The notes under the pieces were generated by a model that saw only the letters and a list, made by a program, of their open reading frames with translations, was not told the DNA's origin and ran no database searches. Made by a program: the position numbers and the translations under genes. Of a stretch of DNA of 64,000 bases, positions 12,502 to 24,769 are shown piece by piece. Position 1 is the first letter of the stretch. The number at the start of each line of letters is the position of its first letter. This DNA comes from Podarcis erhardii (lineage: Eukaryota), in NCBI GenBank assembly GCA_964252035.1, contig OZ176216.1; one strand, 5' to 3'.

Positions 12502-12792
12502 TTTTATTTATTTATTTTTAAATACTTTATGTATTGCCCTTCAACCTACTCGATTTCAAGATGATTTACAAGGGTATTAGGGCATGACCATTCAACAGTG
12601 CACATCACAAACAATACTATCAGTGGATAATATATATATAAAAAATATAACAATATCAGCCAGCCAAATCTCAATAAAAATGTGCTCTTTTTTTGCCTGG
12701 GACCTAAAGATTAACAATGTAGGTGCCCCACAGATTTCCTTGGGGAGGATATTTATTAACTTGGGTGCCCTGGCTGAACTGTCCTCTCTGAC
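12502..12792 (-). mobile_element. L2 3' end fragment
   Basis: (ttta)n tail, then ttgcc...ctcgatttcaagatgatttaca and gcctgggacctaaagattaacaatgtaggtgcc...ccttggggagg, the reverse of an L2 3' region. Confidence 0.6.
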
Positions 12793-12915
12793 ATTGAAAC
12801 CTGTCTTATATTGGATGAGAGGCATACATGGAGAAAGGCTGTCAGTCATTATAAAGAAGAGCAAAATAGCATCTATATGTTTAGATGAAATACATTTGTG
12901 TGTGCACAAGGCTTC

Positions 12916-13091
12916 GGTGCTTCACATTATCTCACTAATCCTTACAACAATCTTGGAGGGAGGGCCTTTGCTATTGCAGTATTAAAAATGGTGGGCTTCG
13001 TCTGAGAGAGAGTGGCATGTTGGAAGACAGTACAGCAATACTCCTGTGAGATTGGGGACTCAGGACCTCATCTTTTAACCACTACTACACT
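12916..13091 (-). mobile_element. Old MIR-like SINE
   Basis: cacattatctcactaatccttacaacaatc... core, ending in cttttaaccactactacac (reverse tRNA head). Confidence 0.55.
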
Positions 13092-14520
13092 AAGGTAAGG
13101 CTTTCCTTCACGGAAATAATTATGATGTCATTTCGGGGGAGAACGTGAGTTTTTTCCTGGGTAGAGTTAGTTTAATTGGGGAGGCTGGTACACCTCCTTT
13201 GAGCTTGCAGCATTATAATTATGGAGACGGGCTAAATGTTAATGCCCATCATAAAGAATGTGCTGCTCTGAATGTCTGTTACTGATAATTATTTCTGATG
13301 AATAAACCAAAAGGACAAGTATGTGCGAAGTTCATATTGCAGCTTTCAGGTTTTATTATATGCTTCTCCTGAAGGGGCAATCATTGTGGTGCACCAGCTG
13401 GTTGTTTCTGTGGCCCGACACTCCCAGGAGATAGTTGATGATAATGCAAACTTGAACTAGCAGAAGTGCCAATGTGTTTGTGGGTATATTTATAGATACA
13501 TTGTTTATCAGGTGAAGCAACCCTCCGCAAGGGGAGGGGGACTTAGCAGCTCTGCACAGAGGCATGAGCTCGTGGAAGGCGACCAACATCCTTTGTGCTT
13601 TCCCATTAACACAGTGGGGTGTTGAGCTCCAGGTGTTGCCCTGCCTATTTCTGCTTAAAAGGGAGCAAAGCAGGGACAAGTATGCATGCTGAAAACAGAA
13701 AGGACCTATTGGCTACCAAGATCTGCTGGTGAGAAGACTTTTGCCTGTGGGGTTAAACTACATGTGCATTGTGGCATTTGGGAGGTTCTGTTTTTGTATG
13801 AGCCATGCAAAGCCCCTTTTTTTAGGGTGGCGGGTCATAGTTCCTTTGAACCCTCCCTGTTTCCTTTCCTTTCACATGTGAACTCTCTTCCCCGGCACAC
13901 ACACCCAGGTCCATCATTGCCCCCAAAACACTAGTATTTTCAGTGTGAGTACTTATAAAACCTGCACCTGCCATCTTTGAAAAAGAATTCTCCCTCCTCT
14001 CACTGGAGAGAATGCCTCTTCTTAGACAAGGCCTTCTGTAACGCCTGCTTGCTGGCAGCATTTTTTATTTATATACAGATTTAATTCATAGAGTTAATTA
14101 GCAGAGTAAAAATCATTACAAATTTATCAGCCAAGCTCTCTTTAATCAGGTGACAGCCCTATTCAAAAACTGGGTTTTAGAGCATTCTGAGCCAGGATTA
14201 TATGTGCTCTGACATGACATCAGATAGAAGGGGTTGGAAGGGATTTACATTCAACAGTACTCAGCACAGCCTTATGGCACGGTCACTTAACCCTTTGTGG
14301 CATTGTATTTTCAGTGGGCCATGCTGGTTGTGGTCTGATAGCTCCACCCTACCTGCTGTGTGACAATAACTTGGTGGTGTTTTGGATCTATAATTTTAAC
14401 AAAGGCATCATTACTTTTGCCAAGCTTTAAGAGTTGCTTATGGGTTCAGTTGTTTTCTATTCCAAATAGCCAAAAAAATTCATCAGAGTATATGGGGGAA
14501 GGAAGGTTGACCGCTGGCAT

Positions 14521-14582
14521 TTGTGAACCTCTCTGAGATCTACAGATGAAGGGCGACATACAAATTTAGTAAATAAATAAAA
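14521..14582 (+). mobile_element. L2-type 3' tail remnant
   Basis: ttgtgaacc...gatgaagggcgacatacaaatttagtaaataaataa. Confidence 0.45.
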
Positions 14583-17162
14583 ATCTATGCAGCTATACAA
14601 TTCCCTTACTACCTCAGAGGAAAAAACCTGGCTGTTGCTTGTTGCCAAGATGTTCCCAGATCAGGTCCTCTGATGCTTTTAGGGGAGACACATTGATGCA
14701 GTGTTTGGGAGAACAAGTCCCATAGATGTGATCATAGGTTTGTATAATTTATGTATTTATTTATGTTGGCAATTATGTACCCCGCTTTTTATGCTAAGGG
14801 CATACTCAGGATGGCATACAGCATATAAAAGTAGGGGAACTACAGTTCTGAAAAAGAGAAGCAAGTTATGCACAGTAGCTGTGAGAAAGCACAATAAAAA
14901 ATACACCAGGAACAGGGAAAGGGGGGGGCATTCTCTGGGGGGCTCTGGTTAAACTACGTTCACCAAAATAAAATGCTCTTAATAGCCTTCTTAAAAAGGG
15001 TAGATAAACCTGATTTTTGATTCTGTTACGTAATTTAGGCAGCACAATAAAAAACCCTCTTATCCCCATCTGCATCTTGGCTGGTGGTGGGGTGGGGTGT
15101 AAGGAGTAAAGAGACCAAGAAGGACCTAAAACTGAGTGAAGATGTTGAACAGGAAAGAGACTATTCCTGATAATTGGTTGTGGTGTTTTAGAGTGTTCAA
15201 ACAAGTCACTTCTCTCACGCACACTAGGATATGTCAGCTATTTGTCTATCTACCTTTTAATTTGTGGGGAAATGTGTGGTTTTTGTGTGTTCTTGCTCAT
15301 CTCCACTTAAAACCAATGACAGCTAATTTTTGTCTGGCATGATCACGTGTATGTACTAAGTAGAACAGTATAGTAGAAATAGTATCTTTACTTAATTTAT
15401 GTATGGCTGGAACATGGATTATGCAATTTGAGCAGAAAATTGGATAGGTTTATATTGCTTTGCTTTGTTTTTGTGATAAAGAACTTCGCAGACAGAAAAT
15501 TACTCCCTGTTAAATTTTTTCAGGTTTTAACCAAAGATACGGTATGTCTTAGGAAATCGGGTATATATGTTCTTTCTTCTATTTGCATCTTATTATGGAT
15601 TACTGCTGCGTGCACTTGGCAGACCCACTTTAACTCCAGCGTTAGATTTGCCCATTTATTTCTCTCTGCAGTTTAAGAAACCTTTTCCACGTAAGGCAAG
15701 TGATCTAATAATAGGCCATACTGTGGGAGTATTTGGCTGCCAGCAGTTCATAAAATCTGGATTCGTTTACTCCAATGGGTCTCCACTGGCCCCTCCTTGG
15801 CTCCCGAGGAGCTGATTGTGTCGGAGGAAGAAGAAAAAAGGCAGCGAGAGATTAAATGCACCATGATTGTTGATGCAAAGTGAATCAACACAAACTAGGC
15901 AGTCACTTATTTTTATTATTTTGGTTTGGTTTCTGGTGCTCTGGAATTTGACCTTGTCTCTTAATGCTGTGAGTTCCTGACTATCAGTCACGCCTGAGAC
16001 CTTGTCAGGCTGAGTCGCTCCTTTCTGAGGAAGAGCGTTCCCACCACTGATGTGACCTTGTGACACTTATGCTGAAGGTTGAGCATTCCCCAGGATGCTG
16101 GTGGTCTTTCCACACAGGGAATTTCAAGGGGAGGGCATTAAGGCTCACATTGATTCTTTTAAGTGCTCTTTCATTCATCTCTTTTTACCTTTCCTGTGGC
16201 TCAGCTATTATTAGGAGGCTCTTGTTTTTGTTTCCATTGGTTAACTATAGTGAAACCATCCCTACTACCTTAATCTAAAATATATGAGTGGCAGTGAGAG
16301 GTGATATAATTGCTTTTGCTCTCATTAATGTTCTAAATTTTCTCTCGTGTTCATGTGTCCTTGTAATCTCCAAAGAGTAAAAATTAACCTTTGCATTTCT
16401 CCCTGAAATCTTAGAATTCTTCTGCCAAGAGAATAGTCTGTCACACCAGTAATAGTTCCAATGAAAATTTGTCTTCCTGCTGTTTTCTTTATCTTTATTC
16501 TAAATTATCCTAAGAGCACCCTGTGTTTCTCAGCTGTGACACCTAAACTTCTCCTCGCTTTGACCCTGTGCATTTTCCCTGATTGCAGGAGAGGAATAGG
16601 GAATCGGCTCTCTTGAACACTGATCCTTCCTAATTAGTAAATGTGGTGGTTATTGGGCCGCAACAGCTGTCTTTGACATAAGGCTCCAGCAAGTTCCAGC
16701 TGTATTTGACGTCTTGCTTCAAGCAACTGCTGTTGAATGTGAGAGCTGCACAGAAGTAGTGCTGATCTGCTGACTACCTGACCTCACCAGTGCATTGTGC
16801 TCATACCTGTAAAGCCATTCGTTTTAAAGATTAAGAGGCTCCCTAATTATGGTCCTGGACCCATTGCTGCTGTGCAACATAAGTTCAGACGGCAGCAGTT
16901 GCAAAGCATTTCCAAGACTGTATGACTGCAGGCCGTACGTGGGGCTTTGTATCTGAAATCGTCCAGCTCTGGAGTAGTCTTACCATTTGATCCTGCCGAA
17001 TGTATAAAATGGCTTCAAGTCTCAGGAGTGTACTGAGATTTACTTAACATCAAAAATGAGATTTGCTCTAGTAAGCATGAAGACTGCCTGTTAGCACATC
17101 TTGCTTTTGTTCTGTTTCCTTGTGACTTTTTGCCTTACCAGATAGTTTATTTTGTTATAACT

Positions 17163-17163
<1 letters not shown>

Positions 17164-17198
<35 letters not shown>
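17164..17198 (+). repeat. (TAAA)n microsatellite
   Basis: About 9 units read directly. Confidence 0.95.
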
Positions 17199-17235
17199 GA
17201 TTAATTGTGACCTATATTTTGGCTTTTCTTGCACC

Positions 17236-17340
17236 ATGCTGCTCATGGAGTTCCCAAGCCGCCTTTCCATCCTAGCACTGACCAGATCCAGACCTGCTTA
17301 GCTTCAGAAATTTTGCTGCATCATGTGCCTTTAGCCCCAG
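17236..17340 (-). mobile_element. 5S rRNA-derived SINE (SINE3-type) copy
   Basis: 17251-17311 ttcccaagccgcctttccatcctagcactgaccagatccagacctgcttagcttcagaaat aligns to the reverse complement of the vertebrate 5S rRNA A-box to C-box region. Confidence 0.75.
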
Positions 17341-17465
17341 GCTAGAAGTATGGTTATGGAAAACAGATGTGTGTCGAATAAGCACTTTAAATGGTGTGCC
17401 AGCTTTTAGTTTCATTGATAGGCAGCTCTCCATACCTTTTTAATCGAGTGCATTTAAATCTGCTC

Positions 17466-17774
17466 AAGGGATGGACAAATTTGTCAATTTATGCATTTCT
17501 GTGTGCACATATTATGCACAATTTTATAAGCAGTCCCCTCCCCTAATATTATAATGCATTTTTGTGAATTATTTTCACTGATATGCATATTTTTATATAC
17601 ACAATGCCTTTTTGTACTCTTGTTGTTGTTGTTGTTGTTGTTGGAGAGCCGTAGCACAGAATTTGGAGAAGGGTGAATCTAGCAGACCATAGCTACATTT
17701 TGGTTCATGTATTTATTGGTTTGGGAAGCATGAATTTGTTTGGGAAGCAAACAGAACAAATTTCTCCCCCATCT
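17466..17774. mobile_element. Old non-autonomous DNA-transposon-like repeat with internal (GTT)n
   Basis: Ends aagggatggacaaatt / aatttctcccccatct; AT-rich atgcattttt interior typical of a common lizard repeat; (GTT)n at about 17620-17643. Confidence 0.45.
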
Positions 17775-17785
17775 TTATTCTGCTG

Positions 17786-17811
17786 CGTAAAGGTAAAGGG
17801 ACCCCTGACTA
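17786..17811 (-). mobile_element. 26-nt 3'-terminal fragment of a Sauria SINE / its RTE partner, with 11-bp TSD
   Basis: Insert reverse complement is tagtcaggggtccctttacctttacg (compare 25588-25620); flanked by identical TTATTCTGCTG at 17775-17785 and 17812-17822. Confidence 0.85.
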
Positions 17812-18609
17812 TTATTCTGCTGTACAGAGATTGGTAATTTCAAGCCACGTTTAGTACAGCAAAACTTGTCGCTTTAGCCTCCCACCCACCTACCCTGATG
17901 TGCTTATTTGACTTTCGATAGTTGAATTTGTGGGTTATCCCAGAACATGTGTACCTTTCTTCACTACAACATTTTATATCTGCTAAAACGATTACAGATT
18001 TTTTAAAAGACTCCCCTGTCAACTGTGGAGTGTTGTTGAGGGAGAGGCAGCTCTTAATTCCCTCTACTTCCCCTCGACTTTACTCCCTTCTGTGAGAAAT
18101 GGCCTACTTAGTTGAGGTTCTTTTGATGCAGTTGGGTGAGGTCAGGTCAGGTCAAAACACTCGCAGTGCAAGAAATGCAGGAAACAGCTTTCTGCAGGAT
18201 CTGAACTGTTTCCAGGCTGTTTTTTAAAAATGGTCTGTCTGTATATGTTAGTGTCTTAAGTGGTGTGTGCGTGTGCGTGCATAAAATACATGTCTTGCTC
18301 TTCAAAAATATTTTCTTCCACAATGGCATATTTAAAAGTAAAATTATTAAAAACACCACAACATTAAAGCTCCAAAATAAAGGCATAGAGAAGCAGCAGA
18401 AAACAAATTTCAGAGGAGTGAAACTATTAAAGGGTCGAACAGTGAACCTGCCCTCTTGGGGTTTTGTGTCTATAACTCCTGTGTAGAAAAGGCTGAACCT
18501 GAAGTTACTACTTGTTCGTCTGATGTCTCCTGGATGGTGCTGCAGCTTAATGCCACTTCACTGCAATAGTCTTTTCTCATTATTAATACACATAGGGATT
18601 TTAAAAGAT

Positions 18610-18850
18610 ACAGGAGGAATTGAGAGACCCTGTTGTTTCTCCTGGACCTCTCAGAGACTTTTGTTATTATCCACCATGATGTTATGCTAGTAGGACTACC
18701 TGTATTATATATTGTCTGTATTAGGCATTTGTGGCCAGTTCCAGAAGGTGGTACTGAGGCATCACAGCTGGCTCCTTGGCATGTGTGGATTTTCAGAGGG
18801 TATTATCTTTTCCCTCATTCTCTTTAACATCTGCGTGAAACTACCCAGTC
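18610..18850 (+). mobile_element. L2 RT fragment
   Basis: LFLLDLSETFVIIHHDVML (cf. LLDLSAAFDTIDH) and GQFQKVVL...FSEGIIFSLILFNICVKLP (cf. VPQGSILSPMLFNIYMKPL). Confidence 0.75.
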
Positions 18851-21800
18851 TACTTGTGATGTGTCAGACATTTGCTGGAGGACTGTGTGATATGCAGGGA
18901 GCTGTACGCTTCTTGGATCCTCTGCAAGATTTTGTAAGCAAAACTTTTGTTTAATGTTAATGACATTTTAACAATTAACTTGCAGAAGATTTGAACGTTT
19001 GCAAAAGAGTACTGTTGTGATTGGTCCAGCAAATCTTTTAAAGATTTGCCTGTGTTATCTTGGAAAGCACCATCAGTATGTGAATACTTCAGATGAAAGC
19101 AGAAACAAGCTTCAAGGTAGTATGTTTTAGGAGCTGTTTCGGCTTGAATGGAGAAGCTCTGGTTTTGTGCATGTCAACTGTGTGGTCAGCCACCTTGGCT
19201 ACAGATGGGGTAGGTGTGGAGAACTTATTGGTAATTTCAGATAATGCTGAAATTCAGTTTCCATCTTTTGTGGCCATTGACCATGCCTCCTGTTTAGGCT
19301 GCGTAACCAGTGATAGTCTTGCCTGAGTGTTGCCATGTTCTCCAGTTCTGACCTCTTGTTTCTCAGTTCCTGGCTCCTGGTTCCCACTTGGCAGCTGCCT
19401 GTGGCTCAAAGCAGTACTGAGGAGGACTGACACAGTGGTGGTTGGCCATTGAAAGAAGGTAGAGGTGCCAATCTCTCTGCCCATTGTTGAGATACACAGA
19501 AGGGGGGTGTTCAAATAAGCTTGGGCATCCCAGTAAAGGTGGAATGGTCACTTTCTCCCTCTTGATTGCCTTTAATGAAACAGCAGTTCTCTGGTTAAAG
19601 CTCTCCACTCCTCTCGCACCACCTGTGCCAAGAGCCACTAACCTCTGTAGCAAACAGTTCCCTGTCCCCTCTGCCCCATCTTAGCAAAAAGATGGTGCTT
19701 GTGATAAAACACAATGGCAAGGTGTGTTTTATATCTCCCCTTGTCCCTTATCCACCACTGGTAGGATCACATGCGGTGACAAAGGCTTGTATTTCTTAGA
19801 TGCAGCACAAGCCAGCCCCCCCCCCCCCCCGGTAGCGGAATTTTAATCACTTAGATGCAGAGCCTTGATAGACTGAATCAATTTAATTTCTGTTGCTTGG
19901 GACTGGAAAGAACGGGATGGTGGCATGAGAGAAGGTCAAGGCAACTTACTGAGTAAACAGTTTGGTTTATAAATGTGTCCAAGAGATTCTGTCCCACCCC
20001 CAGTCTCCCCCACTCCCACCCCTCTTTTGGTTTTTTTTTGTTCTTTTTTTAAAAAAAATAAAATCTCATGCAGACAAAACAAACATGGCAATATCCCGAG
20101 GAACGCTGAAAGCCGGCGACATGGTTCTTTGCTGGAGGGGAAAGCTTATTAATCAAAGCACCAGCTCTGAAATGCTTGAAATGCCTTTTGAAGCAAAGGT
20201 CCTTCTCCCACTGGGGCCTATGGAGTCCTTTGATTTGCTCCCAAGGAGAGAGGCTCCTGTCCCTTTCTATAGGTGAGGGCTTTAAGGTGAAAATTTTGAA
20301 AGGTTTCCACACTTTATAAATATCACTTGAAAAATACTCATTCAAGTGCCTCGGAAAGGGTTCGGCCCAGCCAAAATTTCTATTATCTAATTGTTTACTA
20401 TTGTGCTGGATAGATTCTGCTTAGCAGAAAGCATTTATATTGCATTTAAGGTCCTTCTACAAAAAAGAAAAAGGCTTTGTCCTCATAGCAACCTTGTGAG
20501 GAAAGTATCACATCCTCTTCCTAGTGAACAATCCAATGTACTGGACGTTCTTTCAGGATCTTTCAGGGCTGAGGAAGCTCAGTTTGATACTTCTGATTGG
20601 AAGAGGCCAAGGTGTTCTTAGTTATTCAAACCCTGCATTTGGCAAACATAGTGGGGTTCAAACCTGGGCCTGGCAGAAATTTAAGACTAAGTGAAAATGG
20701 AGGAAGACGGGAGTTTTGCAAACACCTTGAAATGCTACAGAGAACACCCCTCCCTTTCATTTTTTTAGAGGGCTCAAAAGGAGATGCAAGTGTGTGAAGT
20801 GGCTAAACTGCCCCTGTCCCTAATACATTGCCAAGCTCTGGCAGTAGTCACAGTCCTGGAGGTAGTAGCACACTGATGGAACTGGGGACAGAGCAACCTA
20901 TGGCTGCTGCAATGGAAGGCAGAACTCTTTGAGAAGTGGGTTGGTCAACCGTCTTAAAGAAGTAAAAAATGGAAGAAAAGACTCCTGGATGCATGGAGTA
21001 GGAGTGTATCATGGCTGTGTGTGTACATAAATGTATGTCTTTATCACTAACAGTGCCTGACTGTAGAGGTCAAAATAACTGTATTCATTGTATAGTTGGA
21101 AATACCTGAGCAAAGAGAGGGAAGGTAACTTGACCATAGCATGTCCCGCAGGTCATTGTCAAAGCTGGAATAGACTTGGCTTTGGAATCCAGCTTTCAAT
21201 CTCATTCTGTCATTGCATGGTTTTTCCCCCCTCTGGAACTTGTAAATGTCCAGATAAATGGAATAAAGTCTATGCAAATGATTTTTCTCCTTTTAAAAAT
21301 GGTTATTTCACACCCAGTGTGTGTATCTGATCAGCAGAGTCACAATTTGAACTGTTGGTTTGAGGAGTCTTTACTGTGCAAAATTTATATGCCACAAGCA
21401 CTCTAGTAAGATCTCTTAATGTTGGAAGGCCTGGGGAGGCAGCCATATGGATAGCCAAGCCAACCCAGTCCCCTTGCCCTCTGGTCCAGTCCTTTTCACC
21501 TCCAGTCTCTTTCCTACAGAGGCATTTCCTCCGCCCCCCGCCAGGTTTGGGCAGGCTGGTGCAATGTTTCAGCTTCCAGATTGCTGTAATCGCCCTGTTC
21601 TGATGAGCTTTTAGAAGCCTGCCTAATTCTGAAAGGCATGTATAATAGAGGAGCAATGTGAATTAATAAAGCAAACTTGGCCAGCTTTACGGCAAATTTG
21701 GTAGCCTGCCATAACCATCAGCCCCATATGTGCAGTTGTAAATAACTACTATGGTTGAATTTCTTTCAAGTTGCCCATAATGATCATAATTATACATAAT

Positions 21801-22104
21801 GAAAGGAAGATTACCCTTCCATATAACCTTAGCCAGAAAGAAATATGGATCCTTTGCCGTTCATATCCAGGTGGATGTGCTGTGTTGCCTGAGAGCTAGC
21901 ACGGAGCCCTGTCTTAGATCTCAGGCTTGCTAAACTACACCCTCTTTAATTGATGTGCACATGAACTAGTTAACTCTTGTGAGTGTTGGCTATCTAGAAA
22001 GGAAAACGATATTTTGTATGGGTAAGACGGGTTGGCTTTAAACAGGATCCAATCCTTATTTCATGTGATCATTGCCTTTGGCTGCACTCTCTTGCTTGGG
22101 AGTA

Positions 22105-22218
22105 AAAGAGCAAAGAGTCTTGTGACACCTTAAAGACCTAACAAATGATGGTGTAAGGTGTCATAGGACTTTTTGTTGGTTTTGCTGCGGAAGCCTAACG
22201 TGATTACGTCTTTGAAAT
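22105..22218. mobile_element. Penelope-like element terminal remnant in inverted arrangement
   Basis: agtcttgtgacacctta (22116-22132) and taaggtgtcataggact (22154-22170) are 15/17 inverted. The sequence resembles the reptile PLE end ttagtctttaaggtgccacaagact...tttgctg. Confidence 0.55.
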
Positions 22219-22394
22219 TTGAATGGAAGCATATCTGTCAATCCTGGACCTCTTTACACAAACAAAGGCATATGAGTGATGTATAGCAATGATTTGTGAA
22301 TCACTGCCTTAATTCTGTATTGTTCATGCATATATCATATGGTGATTCTTGTGTGCTGTATGCTTTTAATTTTGGTTTCTTGAGAGTAATAATA

Positions 22395-22422
22395 TTGATT
22401 GATTGATTGATTGATTGATTGA
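22395..22422 (+). repeat. (TTGA)7 microsatellite, probably a LINE tail
   Basis: Read directly. Confidence 0.9.
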
Positions 22423-23306
22423 CATGCAGTAGTGCACTCCTTCCCTTTTCCCATAAAGAGGGTCTCATTCAGTAAAGTCCTCTGATGACATCTTAGAATT
22501 CTTTCCCTGCTTTCTAAGCATACCATATCCTTCCTCTTGATAATACTAAGTGGAGGATCCAGTAAGCAGTGAAGGGACCCCAGGCTAACAGCATGTCAGG
22601 TACTCATTGAGGCCCCTGCAGTTGCACACTGCCCAACTCCTGAACCTGTGACCCTCCAGATGCTTCTGAACTGTAACTCCCATTCATAGGAACAAGCACG
22701 AGGGGTATATTTTCCTGCTCACTAAAGCAAACAAAAATGAAGGTCCATTCAGGGGAAGAAACCAGTTTCTCCTGCTCTCAGCTTGCTGTATTTCCAGTAT
22801 GATGGAACAAGAATAAATGAATATTAGATTTGGTTAAATAGAAGTAATTCCTAGTATGTATGTAGCTTCAGGTAGAGATGATGGACAGTGTCTACTTTGC
22901 CCAGTCCAAAATTAATTTTAAAAATAAAACACCTGATTAAGAATATGGCTGAAACACTAACCAGCTTTCTTTGGATTTAGGATAAGGAAAGTATCCCAGA
23001 CCCCAGTTTTCCCCACTGTACTCAATGGAAGTACATCAAGGCCTATCCAAGGGAGATAGTGTAGAGGGCACCATGGGAAACAGAAGAGAATGGAGTAAGC
23101 TTGGAGTCCTCTTAGCCCCAACATCTTTGGGTATCATAGCAGACCCTGAAGCTTCAGGGACATCCAAAGCCATTTTATTCCTTTTATCAGGCCTCTTTTG
23201 GAACCAGTTCACCCAAGCTCCCAAATGGGTGCAGTGCAACTAGACCCAGCATGCAGTCCCTGCTCTGATTGAGCAGGGTGTGGAAAACCATTGTGGGGCC
23301 CTAGAT

Positions 23307-23779
23307 CAGCATTTCTAAACCGGGGCCATATGGCCCCCAGGATATTCCAGGGGGGCCACAGTTGAAAATCGCATAAATGGGGGGCCAAGGCACAAGACTA
23401 GGGGGCCACAGAGGGAAGTGAGAAGTAAAGAAAACAGAGAAGTGACTGAGAAAAGAAAACAGAAAATAGTGAAGAAAAGAGAAAAGTAGAGTGAACAGAG
23501 AACTGACCGTGCTTCCCAGTGGATGGATCACCACGCGAACTTTGCGGCAACGTCGCTTCCTCTTCCTTCTCCCTCCCACTTCCACACTCCACCGCTGCAT
23601 GGACCAAGTTGTCTGCATCTTGTTTGTCAAGGGCAAGGTGTGTGGCTGCAGCAGTGTTTGTGTGTTCTATTTACAAACAAAACATTTAAATAGCTAGCTT
23701 TCTACTGGTAGGAGGGGGGGCACAGGGAGGAAACAAGGGCGGAAGGGGGCCACAATCAGAAAAAGGTTGAGAAATACTG
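23307..23779. mobile_element. hAT (Charlie-like) MITE
   Basis: TIRs CAGCATTTCTAAACC / GGTTGAGAAATACTG; subterminal gggggccac repeats; 8-bp flanks ccctagat / cggtggat match 5/8. Confidence 0.8.
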
Positions 23780-23905
23780 CGGTGGATTAACAGTGAGGAT
23801 GTGGGAAACCCTGATTCAGATCTCTGCTCAAGTCTCAGTGAGTTGCTTTTTCTTGTATCAGCATAATGTACTTCAGAGGAGTAACAAGAAGCCGAAAGCA
23901 CCAGC

Positions 23906-23941
23906 CTGAAGATGACGAGTGAGACCTCGTCGAAACGTCGC
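23906..23941 (+). ncRNA. Minimal hammerhead ribozyme-like motif (Penelope pLTR type)
   Basis: CTGAAGA (23906-23912), one extra T, perfect 6-bp stem II GACGAG/CTCGTC with a TGAGAC loop, then GAA-ACGT-C (palindromic stem III and a GUC triplet). Stem I is only 2 bp. Confidence 0.65.
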
Positions 23942-23972
23942 CTAGACACCCCAACTTTTACACGGGAAGACA

Positions 23973-24141
23973 NNNNNNNNNNNNNNNNNNNNNNNNNNNN
24001 NNNNNNNNNNNNNNNNNNNNNNNNNNNNNNNNNNNNNNNNNNNNNNNNNNNNNNNNNNNNNNNNNNNNNNNNNNNNNNNNNNNNNNNNNNNNNNNNNNNN
24101 NNNNNNNNNNNNNNNNNNNNNNNNNNNNNNNNNNNNNNNNN
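23973..24141. other. Assembly gap (169 N)
   Basis: Run of N. Confidence 1.
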
Positions 24142-24171
24142 AGCAGAGAACTAAATTTGGCCAGACCCCTG
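24142..24171. mobile_element. Right end of a hAT MITE emerging from the gap
   Basis: tttggccagacccctg followed by ctcta, like the hAT ends at 27864 and 36859. Confidence 0.45.
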
Positions 24172-24769
24172 CTCTATAAACTACTTAGCATAACAGTAAC
24201 TCCTGTCTTATTCTTCTATAATGGGCCTTGAGAGATTTTTCCTGCCAGTAGCAGTTGGCGCTGTGGGACAGAAAATTGAAGTGGCTGCTCTTGATGCAGG
24301 TCAGTTTCAGAACAAACCGGGCTATTTATAATGTTGGCTGAGTGCCATCGTGTTGTTTTTAATGAATGGCCAACACCGTAGACACTTGCATTTTGTATTC
24401 TCTGCTGCTTGTGTGAGGATGCTACGCCAAGAGTAATGAGACTCTCTTAATATACGCCCCACGTCAGTTTTTAACAAGAATGTGTTTTGCGGAGAATGTC
24501 TCCTTTGCCTCTGAGATTGGCATGGTGAGCTTGTAGGTTCTGTCTCCAATGTGGATTACCTTGGAGCAACTCTGGTAGGAGAGAACTCCTAGTTCCTGTC
24601 CAGCTGAAGGGCTGTGCTTGGCTTCTTGCTCATTTCTCCCCCTCCACTTCTTATGGCATGTGATGCAGAAATGCCCAGCGAGTGCGTGGGTGGCCTTCCT
24701 GCTCTGTTGCTGTCAGCTAGAACAAGGTGTAATATAAACACTTGTTTAATTGCCACATGTCTCTTTCAG

